Part shown: piece by piece, positions 1-9,753 of the stretch
How the letters are laid out: every line of letters starts with the position of its first letter
How positions within the stretch are numbered: the first letter of the stretch is position 1
Assembly: GCA_040002755.1 (NCBI GenBank)
Contig: JBDUDV010000004.1
Location: forward strand, 4,004 to 68,003
DNA: 64,000 nucleotides
Direction of reading: 5' to 3'
Origin: Acidobacteriota bacterium
Lineage (GTDB): Bacteria; Acidobacteriota; Blastocatellia; Pyrinomonadales; Pyrinomonadaceae
The notes under the pieces: generated by a model
Told to the model about the DNA's origin: nothing
The model's database searches: none
The model's input: only the letters and a program-made list of their open reading frames with translations
Position numbers and translations under genes: made by a program

Positions 1-2916
1 CCGCGGGTCAACGATCTGCTGGAGACCAGAAACGGAGTCTATTGGGTAGCCACGCAGGGCGGAGTATTCCGGTTCAATCCTTCCGCCTTTCAGAATCAGA
101 CTTCGGAGGGCGGTACCAAGCCCGCTCTGAATCAACTATTCACTTTGTATCCAATGGGCAACGAGCCGATGAGTAATCGGGTTGACGTTCTGTTTGAAGA
201 TCACAACGGACAAATTTGGGCGGGCACCGATCAGGGCGCTTTTCGTTTGGATGAGTCTAATGGTAAGGCCACGTTTCTGCCTGTCACGCTCGGCGACCAG
301 ATGGTGGTTGCGATTGCCGAAGACCGCGAAGCTGGTCTTTGGATGAGTACCACGACCGGACTTAGACGACGCTTGCCCGACGGCCGGACCACTCAATATA
401 CAATTCAAACTTCAGGACTCGGCGACCTCTTGACAACCTTACTCTTTGACCGGGAGGGACGACTGTGGATTGGCACGCGAGGCGGCGCCGGACTGGTGGT
501 ACTCAAGCCGCAACCGTCCAGCTCGATCACCACTGACGGTGAACGAGTAACGCTAAAGCTAGACCGATGCAACGAGGGTGCTAACTCCGCAGACCATCGC
601 ATTCGCCTGCCCAACGCACCGGGTGAAGCTTGCCAGTTCACCACTACCGACGGACTGGCCGGGATGATCGTTGAGGGAATGTCACAATCTTCCGATGGGC
701 GAATCTGGATTGGCACCGAGGGAGGGCTTACAGAGTTCGGCGACGGTCGCTTCCGGAGCTACACCACCGAGTTGGGGCTGAGTAATCCCGGAGTTGCTAC
801 CCCGGTTGAGGACCGTGACGGCAATCTATGGCTTGGTAGCGAGGCCGGCGCGACCAAAATTACCTGGAGCGGTTTTACCACCTTTGGCAAAGCGGATGGC
901 CTGGGCACGCCACGCATCACCTCGATCACTGAAAACCAGAACGGAGAGATTTGCTCGGTTAGTAGCGACACCGAATACTTTATCAACTGCTTTGATGGCC
1001 GGCGGTTCAAAGCGATCAGGCCGCAGTTTCCCCGCGAGATCAAGGGCTTCGGCTGGGGCACCAACCAGGTGGCGTTCCAGGATCACCTCGGAGAATGGTG
1101 GCTGCCGACGAGCTCCGGTCTGTGTCGCTTTCCACGCGTGGCTCGAGCAGAAGATCTTGCCCATACCCGACCCAAGGCAGTTTACAGTTATGAGCACGGG
1201 GAACTGCCGGGCAATGACACGTTCCGCTTGTTTGAAGATTCGCGTGGCGACGTTTGGATCAGCATCTCTGGGAACCTGCCAAACGCAATCGTTCGCTGGG
1301 ATCGAGCCACGGAATCGTTTCATGTCCCTGGCGCTGCGGAAGGAGTGCCGCCGTTCGCCCTGCCGACAGCCTACCGTGAAGACGCGGCCGGCAATCTCTG
1401 GATGGGATTTTACAATGGCGGACTGGTTCGCTATCGGGCCGGCAGATTTCAATCGTTCACAAAAGCTGATGGCGCGCCGGCCGGTCTTGTCAGCTCCATA
1501 TATCTGGACGCTGCCGGACGGCTGTGGATTGCGACAGATTCAGGGGGAGTTGCCCGGGTCAACGATCCGCAATCAGACCGGCCACGTTTTGTGGTCTACA
1601 CAATTACCGATGGTCTATCCAGCAACAGTGTCTTTTGCATTACCGAAGATAAGTTGGGACGGATTTACTTGGGCACGGCACGCGGGCTGGACCGGTTCGA
1701 CCGGGAGACCGCCCACATCAGGCATTACACTAAGGCCGAAGGTTTGGCGAGCAATGCGGTCACAACCTCTTTTCGCGATCGGCAGGGTGCACTCTGGTTC
1801 GGCACCGACGTCGGGCTGTCGCGGCTTTTTCCGGGACCTGACCCACCACAGCAACAGCCACCTATTTTGATCAGTGGGCTCCGCATAGCCGGCAACGTGC
1901 AGTCGATTTCGGCGCTGGGCGAAACGGAAATCTCGGGCCTCGCTCTCAATCCGACCCAAAATCAATTGAGCATCGACTTCGTAGGCCTTGGCTTTGCCGC
2001 TGGGGGCGTCTTGAAGTACCAATATAAATTGGTTGGCGCCACCGAAGACTGGAGCCCGCTTACCGATCAACGAACGATCACCTATGCCAGCCTTTCACCC
2101 GGCAATTATCGCTTCATGGTACGCGCGGTCACGGCCGATGGAATCTCTAGCGCTACACCCGCGACTGTTGCCTTCACCATCATGCAACCGATCTGGCAAC
2201 GCTGGTGGTTTATTGCCGCGGTCACGATATTGACGGCGCTGTTGGTCTATTCGTTGTACCTACGCCGCGTTGCGCACCTGGTCGAACTGGAGAAGGTGCG
2301 AACTCGCATCGCCACTGATTTGCATGACGACATCGGCGCCAGCTTGTCGTTGATCGCGATGCTGAGTGAAGTGGCGCGCCGCCAGGCGCTCGTTGGAAAT
2401 TTTAAGGTGGGCGATTCTTTGTCTTCGATCGCTGCCTCGTCAAGGGAACTGGTCGATGCGATGAGCGACATTGTTTGGGCGGTAAATCCACGCAAAGATC
2501 GCTTTAGTGAGCTGGTTACGAGAATGAGAAGATTTGCGAGTGAGGTCTTCAGCTCCAGGGAGATTGCCTTGCAATTCGAAGCGGCGGATCAGGATCACGA
2601 TTTCAAGCTGGGCGCAGACGCACGGCGAGAAATATTCTTCATCGTGAAGGAAGGCGTAAATAATATCGCTCGCCACTCTTCGTGTACTGAAGCTGCAGTC
2701 ATTCTTAAGAAACAAGGCGGCTGGTTGATTCTCGAGTTGCGCGACAACGGCAAAGGTTTCGACCCAGCGCAAGCGGACCAGGGCAACGGACTTGCCAGTA
2801 TGCGCGAGCGGGCCGCAAGACTTGGTGGCGAACTGGAACTCAACGCGGCCAGCGGACGCGGTACGACGCTCAGACTCAAAGTGCCGGTGGAGCGGCAACG
2901 CTGGAGGCTAGGGTGA
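1..2916 (+). CDS. Sensor histidine kinase with beta-propeller/Y_Y_Y-type extracytoplasmic repeats, one TM, HisKA_3-type H-box and HATPase_c; 5' end cut by window edge
   Basis: Frame 1 is open from nt 1, with no stop before the ATG at 145 listed in the ORF track, so the gene starts upstream of the window. It has repeated 'G.(I/L)W(I/M)GT..GL' propeller-like repeats and the TM segment 'WWFIAAVTILTALLVYSLYL'. The H-box is 'RIATDLHDDIGASLS'; ATPase boxes are 'EGVNNIARHS', 'DNGKGF' and 'GNGLASMRERA'. Stop TGA is at 2914-2916. Confidence 0.9.
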   Translation, partial: PRVNDLLETRNGVYWVATQGGVFRFNPSAFQNQTSEGGTKPALNQLFTLYPMGNEPMSNRVDVLFEDHNGQIWAGTDQGAFRLDESNGKATFLPVTLGDQMVVAIAEDREAGLWMSTTTGLRRRLPDGRTTQYTIQTSGLGDLLTTLLFDREGRLWIGTRGGAGLVVLKPQPSSSITTDGERVTLKLDRCNEGANSADHRIRLPNAPGEACQFTTTDGLAGMIVEGMSQSSDGRIWIGTEGGLTEFGDGRFRSYTTELGLSNPGVATPVEDRDGNLWLGSEAGATKITWSGFTTFGKADGLGTPRITSITENQNGEICSVSSDTEYFINCFDGRRFKAIRPQFPREIKGFGWGTNQVAFQDHLGEWWLPTSSGLCRFPRVARAEDLAHTRPKAVYSYEHGELPGNDTFRLFEDSRGDVWISISGNLPNAIVRWDRATESFHVPGAAEGVPPFALPTAYREDAAGNLWMGFYNGGLVRYRAGRFQSFTKADGAPAGLVSSIYLDAAGRLWIATDSGGVARVNDPQSDRPRFVVYTITDGLSSNSVFCITEDKLGRIYLGTARGLDRFDRETAHIRHYTKAEGLASNAVTTSFRDRQGALWFGTDVGLSRLFPGPDPPQQQPPILISGLRIAGNVQSISALGETEISGLALNPTQNQLSIDFVGLGFAAGGVLKYQYKLVGATEDWSPLTDQRTITYASLSPGNYRFMVRAVTADGISSATPATVAFTIMQPIWQRWWFIAAVTILTALLVYSLYLRRVAHLVELEKVRTRIATDLHDDIGASLSLIAMLSEVARRQALVGNFKVGDSLSSIAASSRELVDAMSDIVWAVNPRKDRFSELVTRMRRFASEVFSSREIALQFEAADQDHDFKLGADARREIFFIVKEGVNNIARHSSCTEAAVILKKQGGWLILELRDNGKGFDPAQADQGNGLASMRERAARLGGELELNAASGRGTTLRLKVPVERQRWRLG

Positions 2917-3002
2917 CTAGGTGAGCACCTAGTGATTTGGCAGACGTCAGTGAGTTAGTTTGCACACTGTTTGCATTTTCCAGCTGGACCACCTCAAGCA
3001 GA

Positions 3003-3686
3003 ATGAATACCGACGGCAAAACAGAAGTACAGGCGAATGGCGAACTCGCTGCGGTTATCAAGGTCGCGATCGTGGAAGACCAGCGCAAGTTTCGTGACGC
3101 AGTGACGCTGCTAATCGACGGCACCGAAGGCTTTCGCTGCTCGGGCAGCTACCGTTCAATGGAAGAAGCGTTGGAAAAAATCGAAAGCAATTTGCCCGAT
3201 GTTGTTTTAATGGACATCGGCCTGCCGGGCATGAGCGGCATTGACGGGACTCGCCGCTTGAAAGAACGCTTCCCGCAAATGATTCTGTTAGTGCACAGCG
3301 TTTATGACGACGATGAGCGAATCTTCGACGCCCTATGCGCGGGCGCCAGCGGCTATTTGCTGAAGAAGACTCCTCCGGCCCGTCTGCTTGAAGGTTTGCA
3401 GGAAGCAGCCAGAGGCGGCGCCCCGATGACACCGGAAGTGGCGAGTCGGGTCATCAAAGTGTTCCGCGAGCATCGCCCGCCCGATCGCAGCTACGAACTA
3501 ACACCTCACGAACTTCGCTTGTTGAAGCTGCTGATGGAGGGGCATAACTACAAGACAGCCGCGGCGGAATTGGGCGTTACCACTCATACCATCTCTTTTC
3601 ACCTGCAAAAGATTTACGAGAAGCTGCACGTCCATTCGAAGACCGAGGCCGTTGCCAAGGTTCTACAAGATCGGCTCCTGAAGTAA
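3003..3686 (+). CDS. NarL/FixJ-family response regulator (REC + LuxR-type HTH)
   Basis: Receiver motif 'IKVAIVEDQ ... DVVLMDIGLPGMSG'. C-terminal LuxR HTH 'LTPHELRLLKLLMEGHNYKTAAAELGVTTHTISFHLQKIYEKLHV'. The ORF track begins at TTG 2937; I prefer the first ATG at 3003. It lies directly downstream of the HisKA_3 kinase on the same strand. Confidence 0.9.
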   Translation: MNTDGKTEVQANGELAAVIKVAIVEDQRKFRDAVTLLIDGTEGFRCSGSYRSMEEALEKIESNLPDVVLMDIGLPGMSGIDGTRRLKERFPQMILLVHSVYDDDERIFDALCAGASGYLLKKTPPARLLEGLQEAARGGAPMTPEVASRVIKVFREHRPPDRSYELTPHELRLLKLLMEGHNYKTAAAELGVTTHTISFHLQKIYEKLHVHSKTEAVAKVLQDRLLK

Positions 3687-3717
3687 ACTTGCTATCGGGT
3701 GGAAAGTTTATGCTCTC

Positions 3718-3787
3718 ATTCACACCGGGCTTTAGTCGGATGATCCTCGACGCGACTAACCTACCGGGCTAAAGCCACGGTGTGAAT
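3718..3787. repeat. REP-like inverted repeat (arms attcacaccgggctttag / ctaaagccacggtgtgaat) just after the regulator stop; probable terminator/REP element
   Basis: The left arm (3718-3735) and right arm (3769-3787) are reverse complements apart from one inserted base. The loop is about 33 nt. From memory, the 'cacaccgggctttag' word resembles a repeat that translates as 'GLKPGVNE' in spurious ORFs of soil-bacterial genomes. Confidence 0.55.
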
Positions 3788-3964
3788 AAGAAGGCGAGGT
3801 CTTTCCCGACAAACTTCTTCAGGCTCCAATTAGAATTAAGCAAAGAGGGTTCCTAGAAACCTACCTAGTGACTTCGCGTTTCATCCCGGCGTATTCATGT
3901 GCGCGGTGGCGGAGTGTCACCCGAACTAACCCGACGCAATTTAGGAAAACGACAGGAGAAGGAA

Positions 3965-4507
3965 ATGAAAACTCTAGGTACGAGATGGAGATTAATCGCA
4001 CTCGTTCCATTGGTGGCGGTCGCAATCCTCTCGCTCGGAAGCAGAACGGGAGCCGTGCCGGATCAGAATCGCGAAGTCCGAGAGGCCGCAAATGAAGTGG
4101 GCTTTGTCGTGCAGGGAGGCATAACCCAGGGACAGGTCTTCAGATTCAATGCTGTCCACCAGGTCGGGCCCGGTGGGGGTCCCCATATTGTCCTCGAGCT
4201 GAGAGTGTTCGATTCTCAGGGCAACGTCGTGGCCTCGCATCTATTTCAATTTCCCGACCCCGGCCAGAATCAGGGCAACAACACGTGGAGATCCCAATCC
4301 TTCGATCTGGATGCAGATCTGCTTAGCTCAAATACGTATGACAGCGCGGGTCGGGCACAGTTGACCGGAGTATTCAGGCACCTTCCCAGCTCTCAATCGG
4401 GAGGTATTCCGGGCGGTGGTTGCTTAGTCTCAGGAGAAATATTCAATAACGGCGACGTCAACGGGCGCCGGACGTTGGTCCATATTGCGGGCATACCGAT
4501 CTCATAA
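3965..4507 (+). CDS. Hypothetical secreted protein
   Basis: ATG at 3965 is preceded by GGAGAAGG. N-terminal signal-like 'MKTLGTRWRLIALVPLVAVAILSLGS'. I recognise no family. Confidence 0.6.
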   Translation: MKTLGTRWRLIALVPLVAVAILSLGSRTGAVPDQNREVREAANEVGFVVQGGITQGQVFRFNAVHQVGPGGGPHIVLELRVFDSQGNVVASHLFQFPDPGQNQGNNTWRSQSFDLDADLLSSNTYDSAGRAQLTGVFRHLPSSQSGGIPGGGCLVSGEIFNNGDVNGRRTLVHIAGIPIS

Positions 4508-4604
4508 GGTCGCGAAGCGGTTCGATCATGACCTGGTTGTGGTTTCGTGTTGAAGCAGTGAGGTGTCCGCATACAAAGCCTGGCACACTCGAAGGAGCAT
4601 TTAC

Positions 4605-7181
4605 ATGCACTCCAGAATTCGCATCTTTGCCTATCCACTGATCGGGATTGCAATCGCTATCGCAGCCCTGATTGCTTTTCCGGAGGTTAAGCGGTCAAAC
4701 GCTAAATCGGGGAACCCCGGAGCGAACTTGATTGCAGCGACAACTCTCACGGAGGAAGGGAGCGCAACCCTCTATCCCGAAAATCTAAAAACCTGGACGC
4801 ATATTCACCTGTGGCACTCGTCTCTGTGCAGCGGGGATTTTGTTGCTGGGTTTACGCCGGAGGAGGTTTCCGGCACGGTCGTCGCCGGGTATCGACACAC
4901 CTACGACAAAGGCAAACGAATTCTCGGTTGTCCATCCGGAAACAATTCAGTCCACCGTGGGAGCGTATGGTTCGACTTGAGCGAGATCATGGGCAAGGCA
5001 GATCCGTTGCACGTGTCGGTGCAAAGCGCCACGCTTCACTTTAAGCCGCTCAGCGGGAGCTGTAACGGCGAGCTGCTCATCGCCACCAAGAACTGGTTGA
5101 AGGGCGATGAAATCGAAGACCTTGTACCGGGGGACTCATTCGCGAAAATCGGCAGCACTCTCGGATCCGGCCCTCTGCTAGGAGCTAAGGTCGCCTCATG
5201 TGGATCTGGAGGGTGCGACATCGAGGTAAAGGAAATTGTTAACAACTGGTTAAAGGGAGATGACCACGGAGGGTACCCAAACTTTGGCTTTGTCTTGAAA
5301 GGCACGTTGGAAGGTGATGCTGAGTATTCGGACAATGACGCTTGCCTGGCGCGTTATGGAGAGTTCAGTCTGACCGTGAAGTACAGGTACGACAAACCGC
5401 TGCTCCACATTACTCTGCCCACTCCGTCGCCCACCCCAATTGGCAGGTCGGGACCTGGCATTCCCGGGGGAGACGCAACAGCATTTGTTGCCTGTACAAA
5501 CTACGCAATCGGCGCCGAGGCTACCGCGCAGAACTACACGAAAGATGGCGTTTTTCCAGGCCTCCACTTCGACCCCTCTTACGCGATAGATGGGATACGC
5601 CACACGACAACCGATGGCGGAAATTACTGGCGCGACGACGACCCGCTACCTTCATGGCTGCAAGTCAAGTTCACAAAATCCAGGATGATCGACGAAATTA
5701 CTGTCGTAACAATCCAGGACCCCGGCCTTGAAAAAGCAATCGACCCGACTGACACCCAGACCTTCGAGAGGTTCGGCGCCACCGCTTTCGACGTGCAGTA
5801 TTGGACGGGGACTGACTGGCAAACTGTGCCGGGAGGATCGATTACAGGGAACAATTTGGTAGTGAGGAAGATTAACTTCCCGCCCCTAACTACTACTATG
5901 ATCAGAGTGGTGGTGAATGGCGTCGCCCCGCCAGACAAAGTAGCGCGCCTCGTGGAAGTTGAAGCTTGTGGGCACCCTTCGACGCCGCCAAAAAAACCGG
6001 ATGGATCCGGGGGCGCTTCTGGCTTGTCGGCGCGGACAGAAACTGCGTTTGGTCTGATCACAACCACCTTCGACACGCTGCAGGGAACAGTCAGCGTCAA
6101 CCTTCCCGACGATGTCGCTGCCGGTGACACAATTTCCGGTACCGTGATCACAGAACCAAAAGGGACTACTAAAGATGAGCAGGCGAAGAATGAAGATTCA
6201 TTAAATGGCTTTGTTGTCGAAGTAGCCAAACAAGACACCCCAACGCAGCAGCAAGGCAGCAAATGGGTCATCCCTCCAATGGCCCAATTCATTCCCGTGG
6301 TGCTGAAGAACAGGAACGGCGAAGTCGTTGCTCGAACCCAGGTGCCGGTCAATCAAGGGACGGTAGTCAAACCAAGATCGAATGGAGAACTTCCGCAACA
6401 GGGCAGCTATTCCATGCCGCCGTTTGGTCAGGCCGGGAGACCGATATCGGTAGCTGGCCCGTTTGATGGTGACTTCAACAACACGGCAGTCAATCTGGGT
6501 AACAACACTGCACAGTTTCTGGCCGAGTCGCCGCGGAAAGTGGTGGTGAGGAGTCCTGCGAACCTAATAGGTCCCTCCACTATCGAGATTAATGAACAGA
6601 ATAAAGTCGTTGCCCGGTGTCACTACCAAAGCATTGGCGTGAGGTTGGCGGCCGGCAAGTTGAATCTAATTCGCGGAGAGCAGACAACCGTGACTGTAAC
6701 TCTATCCGGCCTGGATGGCGCGACTGGTCCTGTGCCAATGCAGTTAACGAATGCGAGTCCGGCGACAGTGCGCATGGAAGGTGGTGACACACAAACCATT
6801 ATTGCGCAGCCTGGAGAAGTCACGGGCGGCGTGTTTACTGCGAAGCGGACCTTGACGGGAATCAAACCGGGTGGCTTCGCAATTAATGCCGTAGTTAATC
6901 CTGCGATAGGTACTAAAGGCGGGGGTGGCGTTTGGAAAACCTGTGAAGCTGGGCCCGGGGCTGGCCCACATAACAGTGGACTGAATAACGATTCGCTGGG
7001 GGGCCCGATTAATGTCTTCGCGGTCACGGCCGCAGATATCCAGGGTCTCGACGGCAAACCATACGACTTCACCGGTCCACGGGTGGGAAGTCCGGGCAGT
7101 CTGCCGCCGCTTGCTCAAGCGTTGGATGTAGCACGACGCGGGGATGTTAACGGCGCCAAACGTTGGCTCTTGCGCTTCTAA
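4605..7181 (+). CDS. Large secreted/anchored protein with a central F5/8 type C (discoidin/galactose-binding-like) domain and C-terminal Ig-like region
   Basis: ATG at 4605 is preceded by GAAGGAG. N-terminal hydrophobic segment 'IRIFAYPLIGIAIAIAALIAF'. The segment 'NYAIGAEATAQNY...AIDGIRHTTTDGGNYWRDDDPLPSWLQVKF...IDEITVV' looks like F5/8 type C. The long ORF has coding-like composition. Confidence 0.7.
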   Translation: MHSRIRIFAYPLIGIAIAIAALIAFPEVKRSNAKSGNPGANLIAATTLTEEGSATLYPENLKTWTHIHLWHSSLCSGDFVAGFTPEEVSGTVVAGYRHTYDKGKRILGCPSGNNSVHRGSVWFDLSEIMGKADPLHVSVQSATLHFKPLSGSCNGELLIATKNWLKGDEIEDLVPGDSFAKIGSTLGSGPLLGAKVASCGSGGCDIEVKEIVNNWLKGDDHGGYPNFGFVLKGTLEGDAEYSDNDACLARYGEFSLTVKYRYDKPLLHITLPTPSPTPIGRSGPGIPGGDATAFVACTNYAIGAEATAQNYTKDGVFPGLHFDPSYAIDGIRHTTTDGGNYWRDDDPLPSWLQVKFTKSRMIDEITVVTIQDPGLEKAIDPTDTQTFERFGATAFDVQYWTGTDWQTVPGGSITGNNLVVRKINFPPLTTTMIRVVVNGVAPPDKVARLVEVEACGHPSTPPKKPDGSGGASGLSARTETAFGLITTTFDTLQGTVSVNLPDDVAAGDTISGTVITEPKGTTKDEQAKNEDSLNGFVVEVAKQDTPTQQQGSKWVIPPMAQFIPVVLKNRNGEVVARTQVPVNQGTVVKPRSNGELPQQGSYSMPPFGQAGRPISVAGPFDGDFNNTAVNLGNNTAQFLAESPRKVVVRSPANLIGPSTIEINEQNKVVARCHYQSIGVRLAAGKLNLIRGEQTTVTVTLSGLDGATGPVPMQLTNASPATVRMEGGDTQTIIAQPGEVTGGVFTAKRTLTGIKPGGFAINAVVNPAIGTKGGGGVWKTCEAGPGAGPHNSGLNNDSLGGPINVFAVTAADIQGLDGKPYDFTGPRVGSPGSLPPLAQALDVARRGDVNGAKRWLLRF

Positions 7182-7247
7182 CAAGCATTTTCAAACAAGC
7201 ATTCGGCGGTGCGGTGTTGATCTATAAGAAGTGTCCGGAGAGCCTCC

Positions 7248-8621
7248 CTAACCGTCGGGCCTCCGCCGGCTGCCTGCTGCCGACTTTTTCTTTCGCCCGA
7301 GCGACCATGTAAGCAGCGGCGGCGTCACTAACGTGGTGACGATGACCATGATCACAACCGCGCCAAACGTCGCCGGGCCAATGACCGGCTCTGGAACCCC
7401 TTTCACATCGGGCAGCACCAGGGTGGCGCCGATGCCGGCGAATATCAATCCGACTTCGCCACGTGGAATCATTCCCAAGCCGACTGCCAACCTATTCGTG
7501 CCCCGCTCGAGCACCCCCACGGAACAAATCTGTTTCCCAATGACTGCCGCCAAAGTGAGTGCCGCAGCAAAGCCCAGCAGATTCAGCTGCGAAAAATTCC
7601 TGAGGTCAACTTTCATCCCCATCAAAACAAAGAAGACCGGCACCAGCACGAAGCTTGCGGGCCGCAGTAGATCGTGAAGGTTGCGCTCCTTGCGCGCGCG
7701 CGCCGGCTTGTAGTGAACCTCATCAAGCACCAGACCAGCGGCAAACGCTCCCACGATGGGCGCGAGGCCGACTTTAGCCGCAGCCCAGGAAAGAAACAGG
7801 CAAAAGGAGATAGCCAAGGTCAGCAGCACGCCTTCCGACTCTAACCGTCCGGCACCGCGCAGCAGGCGTGGCACAACAAACTTACCCAAAACGATTGCGC
7901 CAATCAGAAACAGCAAGGCCTTGACGGCGATTAATCCGACGTTCATCAGAGAAAGCGCGGCGCCCGTTGCGGTTGCTTTGATCGCCCCAGCAACCACGGC
8001 CAAAATCATGAGACCAAGGACGTCGTCAATCACCGCCGCACCGAGAATGATGCGCGCCTCGCGGGTCGCTAGTTTCGCCAGGTCTTTGAAGACGCGCGCG
8101 GTGATGCCAACGCTCGTCGCGCAGAGCGTAGCGCCGATGAAGATATGAACCAGACGCGATTCATTCGGAATAAAGTAAGCCGACACGCCCCAACCCAAAA
8201 AGAACGGAGCGATCACGCCAAGCACCGCCACCAGCAATGATGACCAACCAACTTCCATCATCTCTTTCAAGTCGGATTCCAGGCCGACTTCAAACAGCAG
8301 AATGATTACACCGATCTCGGCAATCGCCGCGATGATTTCGTTGGTCTTCAGCGGTTCGGCGGCAGTGAAACCAAACAACACCAGGTTTCCCAGGATGATT
8401 CCGCCAATGAGTTCGCCTAACACAGCGGGCTGTTTGAGTCGTTCAAATAGTTCTCCGCCAAGCTTGGCCACGATCAACATCGCGGCGAGCCCGACCAGAA
8501 CCATTGGCTGGAGGCTGTGACCAGCGCCTGCAGCCGGCGGTGCTGCTTGCGCTGCGCACGGAGATGCGGCGCACATCAGGAGTGCAGCGGCAACCAGGCT
8601 CGATTTTGCATGGTTTTTCAT
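7248..8621 (-). CDS. Cation:proton antiporter (CPA2, Kef/NapA-like Na+/H+ or K+/H+ exchanger)
   Basis: Polytopic membrane protein of about 12 TM with typical CPA motifs 'LGELIGGIILG', 'AEIGVIILLFEVGLE', 'GATLCATSVGITARV' and 'PRGEVGLIFA'. Confidence 0.85.
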   Translation of the reverse strand: MKNHAKSSLVAAALLMCAASPCAAQAAPPAAGAGHSLQPMVLVGLAAMLIVAKLGGELFERLKQPAVLGELIGGIILGNLVLFGFTAAEPLKTNEIIAAIAEIGVIILLFEVGLESDLKEMMEVGWSSLLVAVLGVIAPFFLGWGVSAYFIPNESRLVHIFIGATLCATSVGITARVFKDLAKLATREARIILGAAVIDDVLGLMILAVVAGAIKATATGAALSLMNVGLIAVKALLFLIGAIVLGKFVVPRLLRGAGRLESEGVLLTLAISFCLFLSWAAAKVGLAPIVGAFAAGLVLDEVHYKPARARKERNLHDLLRPASFVLVPVFFVLMGMKVDLRNFSQLNLLGFAAALTLAAVIGKQICSVGVLERGTNRLAVGLGMIPRGEVGLIFAGIGATLVLPDVKGVPEPVIGPATFGAVVIMVIVTTLVTPPLLTWSLGRKKKSAAGSRRRPDG

Positions 8622-8802
8622 GATTGGTTATGGAGCAGTGCGATTATTACATATCTGATGCAATGCTGGTTTTATGTTTGCTCAGGTTGCGTCGCCCTCA
8701 CTCGCCTTCTATAATGCGGCAAATTTCAACGCCCCGGCTTTTAGCAGTAATCCATAGCGAACCCGGCAGTTTGCGAAGGCACAAGGCAAGCCAACATACA
8801 AC

Positions 8803-9666
8803 ATGTCAACTCCTATCAGGTGGAAAGAACGCAGACGTGTCGCAGCTGCTGGTGCTGAGCGACCACAAACACCTCTGCGCTCTTTGGCGCTCAACCTGGG
8901 TGACGCGGCGCGTGCAGCACTGTCGGAACCTTTCCGGCTTACGGTCGAACACCATCAAATCCATCTAAAACGTCTGCCTCCTGAACTCGACGGTTTTCGC
9001 GTTGTTCAACTTTCTGACATCCATCACAGTCCCTTCACGAGCCGCGAACAGATTGAACGCGCGGTTGAAACAGCCAATAGCCTGCAGCCTGACATCGTGG
9101 CGCTAACCGGCGACTATGTATCCAAAGAACGAGCCTACGCTGCTCCATGCGCCGAACTGTTAAGCGCCTTGCGCGCGCGTCACGGCGTTTACGCAGTGTT
9201 GGGCAATCACGACCACTGGACGGACGCGTCCTTGATCACTGACCTCTTCCGCGCCGAAGGAATCACTGTGCTGGTCAATCAGGGGATGCGTTTCGAGAAT
9301 AACGGCGCCGCGTTCTGGCTCGCAGGTGTAGACGACACCATGGTCGGACTGGAAGACTTGCCCCTCGCGTTGGCGGGCGCGAGCGTTCACGAGTTTAAGC
9401 TCCTGCTGGCCCATAATCCGATTATCCTCCGGCGAGCCGCTCGAGCTGGAGTGGACCTCGTCCTCAGCGGTCATACCCATGGCGGACAGGTTAGTCTGCG
9501 ACCTGAACGCAGCGGGGCTGGCCGGACACGTCGTCGCTTGCTTAAAGGTTTGGCGCGCCAGGGCGAAACCCAGATTTACATAACGCGTGGTCTGGGAACT
9601 GTGGTTTTGCCGGTTCGCTTCGGCTGCCCTCCTGAAGTTTCGTTACTCGAATTACGAACCGCCTGA
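8803..9666 (+). CDS. Metallophosphoesterase (calcineurin-like, YkuE/YaeI type)
   Basis: Motifs 'LSDIHH', 'LTGDYV', 'GNHDHW' and 'GHTHGGQV'. Confidence 0.85.
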   Translation: MSTPIRWKERRRVAAAGAERPQTPLRSLALNLGDAARAALSEPFRLTVEHHQIHLKRLPPELDGFRVVQLSDIHHSPFTSREQIERAVETANSLQPDIVALTGDYVSKERAYAAPCAELLSALRARHGVYAVLGNHDHWTDASLITDLFRAEGITVLVNQGMRFENNGAAFWLAGVDDTMVGLEDLPLALAGASVHEFKLLLAHNPIILRRAARAGVDLVLSGHTHGGQVSLRPERSGAGRTRRRLLKGLARQGETQIYITRGLGTVVLPVRFGCPPEVSLLELRTA

Positions 9667-9667
9667 G

Positions 9668-9750
9668 ATGGGTGGATGGTGAGACTAATTTGTGAATAGC
9701 AATGAGCTATTGCTTTGCCTATTCACTATTCACAATTCACTGTTTACTAA
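9668..9750. repeat. Heptad-word imperfect hairpin (GTGAATA / TATTCAC words)
   Basis: The left part is '...tgtgaatagcaatgag'. The right part is 'cctattc actattc acaattc actgttt actaatc', five tandem 7-mers. The element fills the spacer between the phosphoesterase stop and the pgsA ATG. Confidence 0.55.
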
Positions 9751-9753
9751 TCA

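Noticed and set aside
2937-3002. Upstream alternative starts given by the ORF track: TTG 2937 for the regulator, 14340 for the receptor, 13824 for hspR, 32617 for sixA, 62103 for the FeS-NrfD gene and 62192 for the rhodanese.
   Set aside because: The extensions encode low-complexity or repeat-derived sequence, cross hairpins or terminators, or precede a Met with a good SD and signal peptide. The internal ATG starts were chosen instead.
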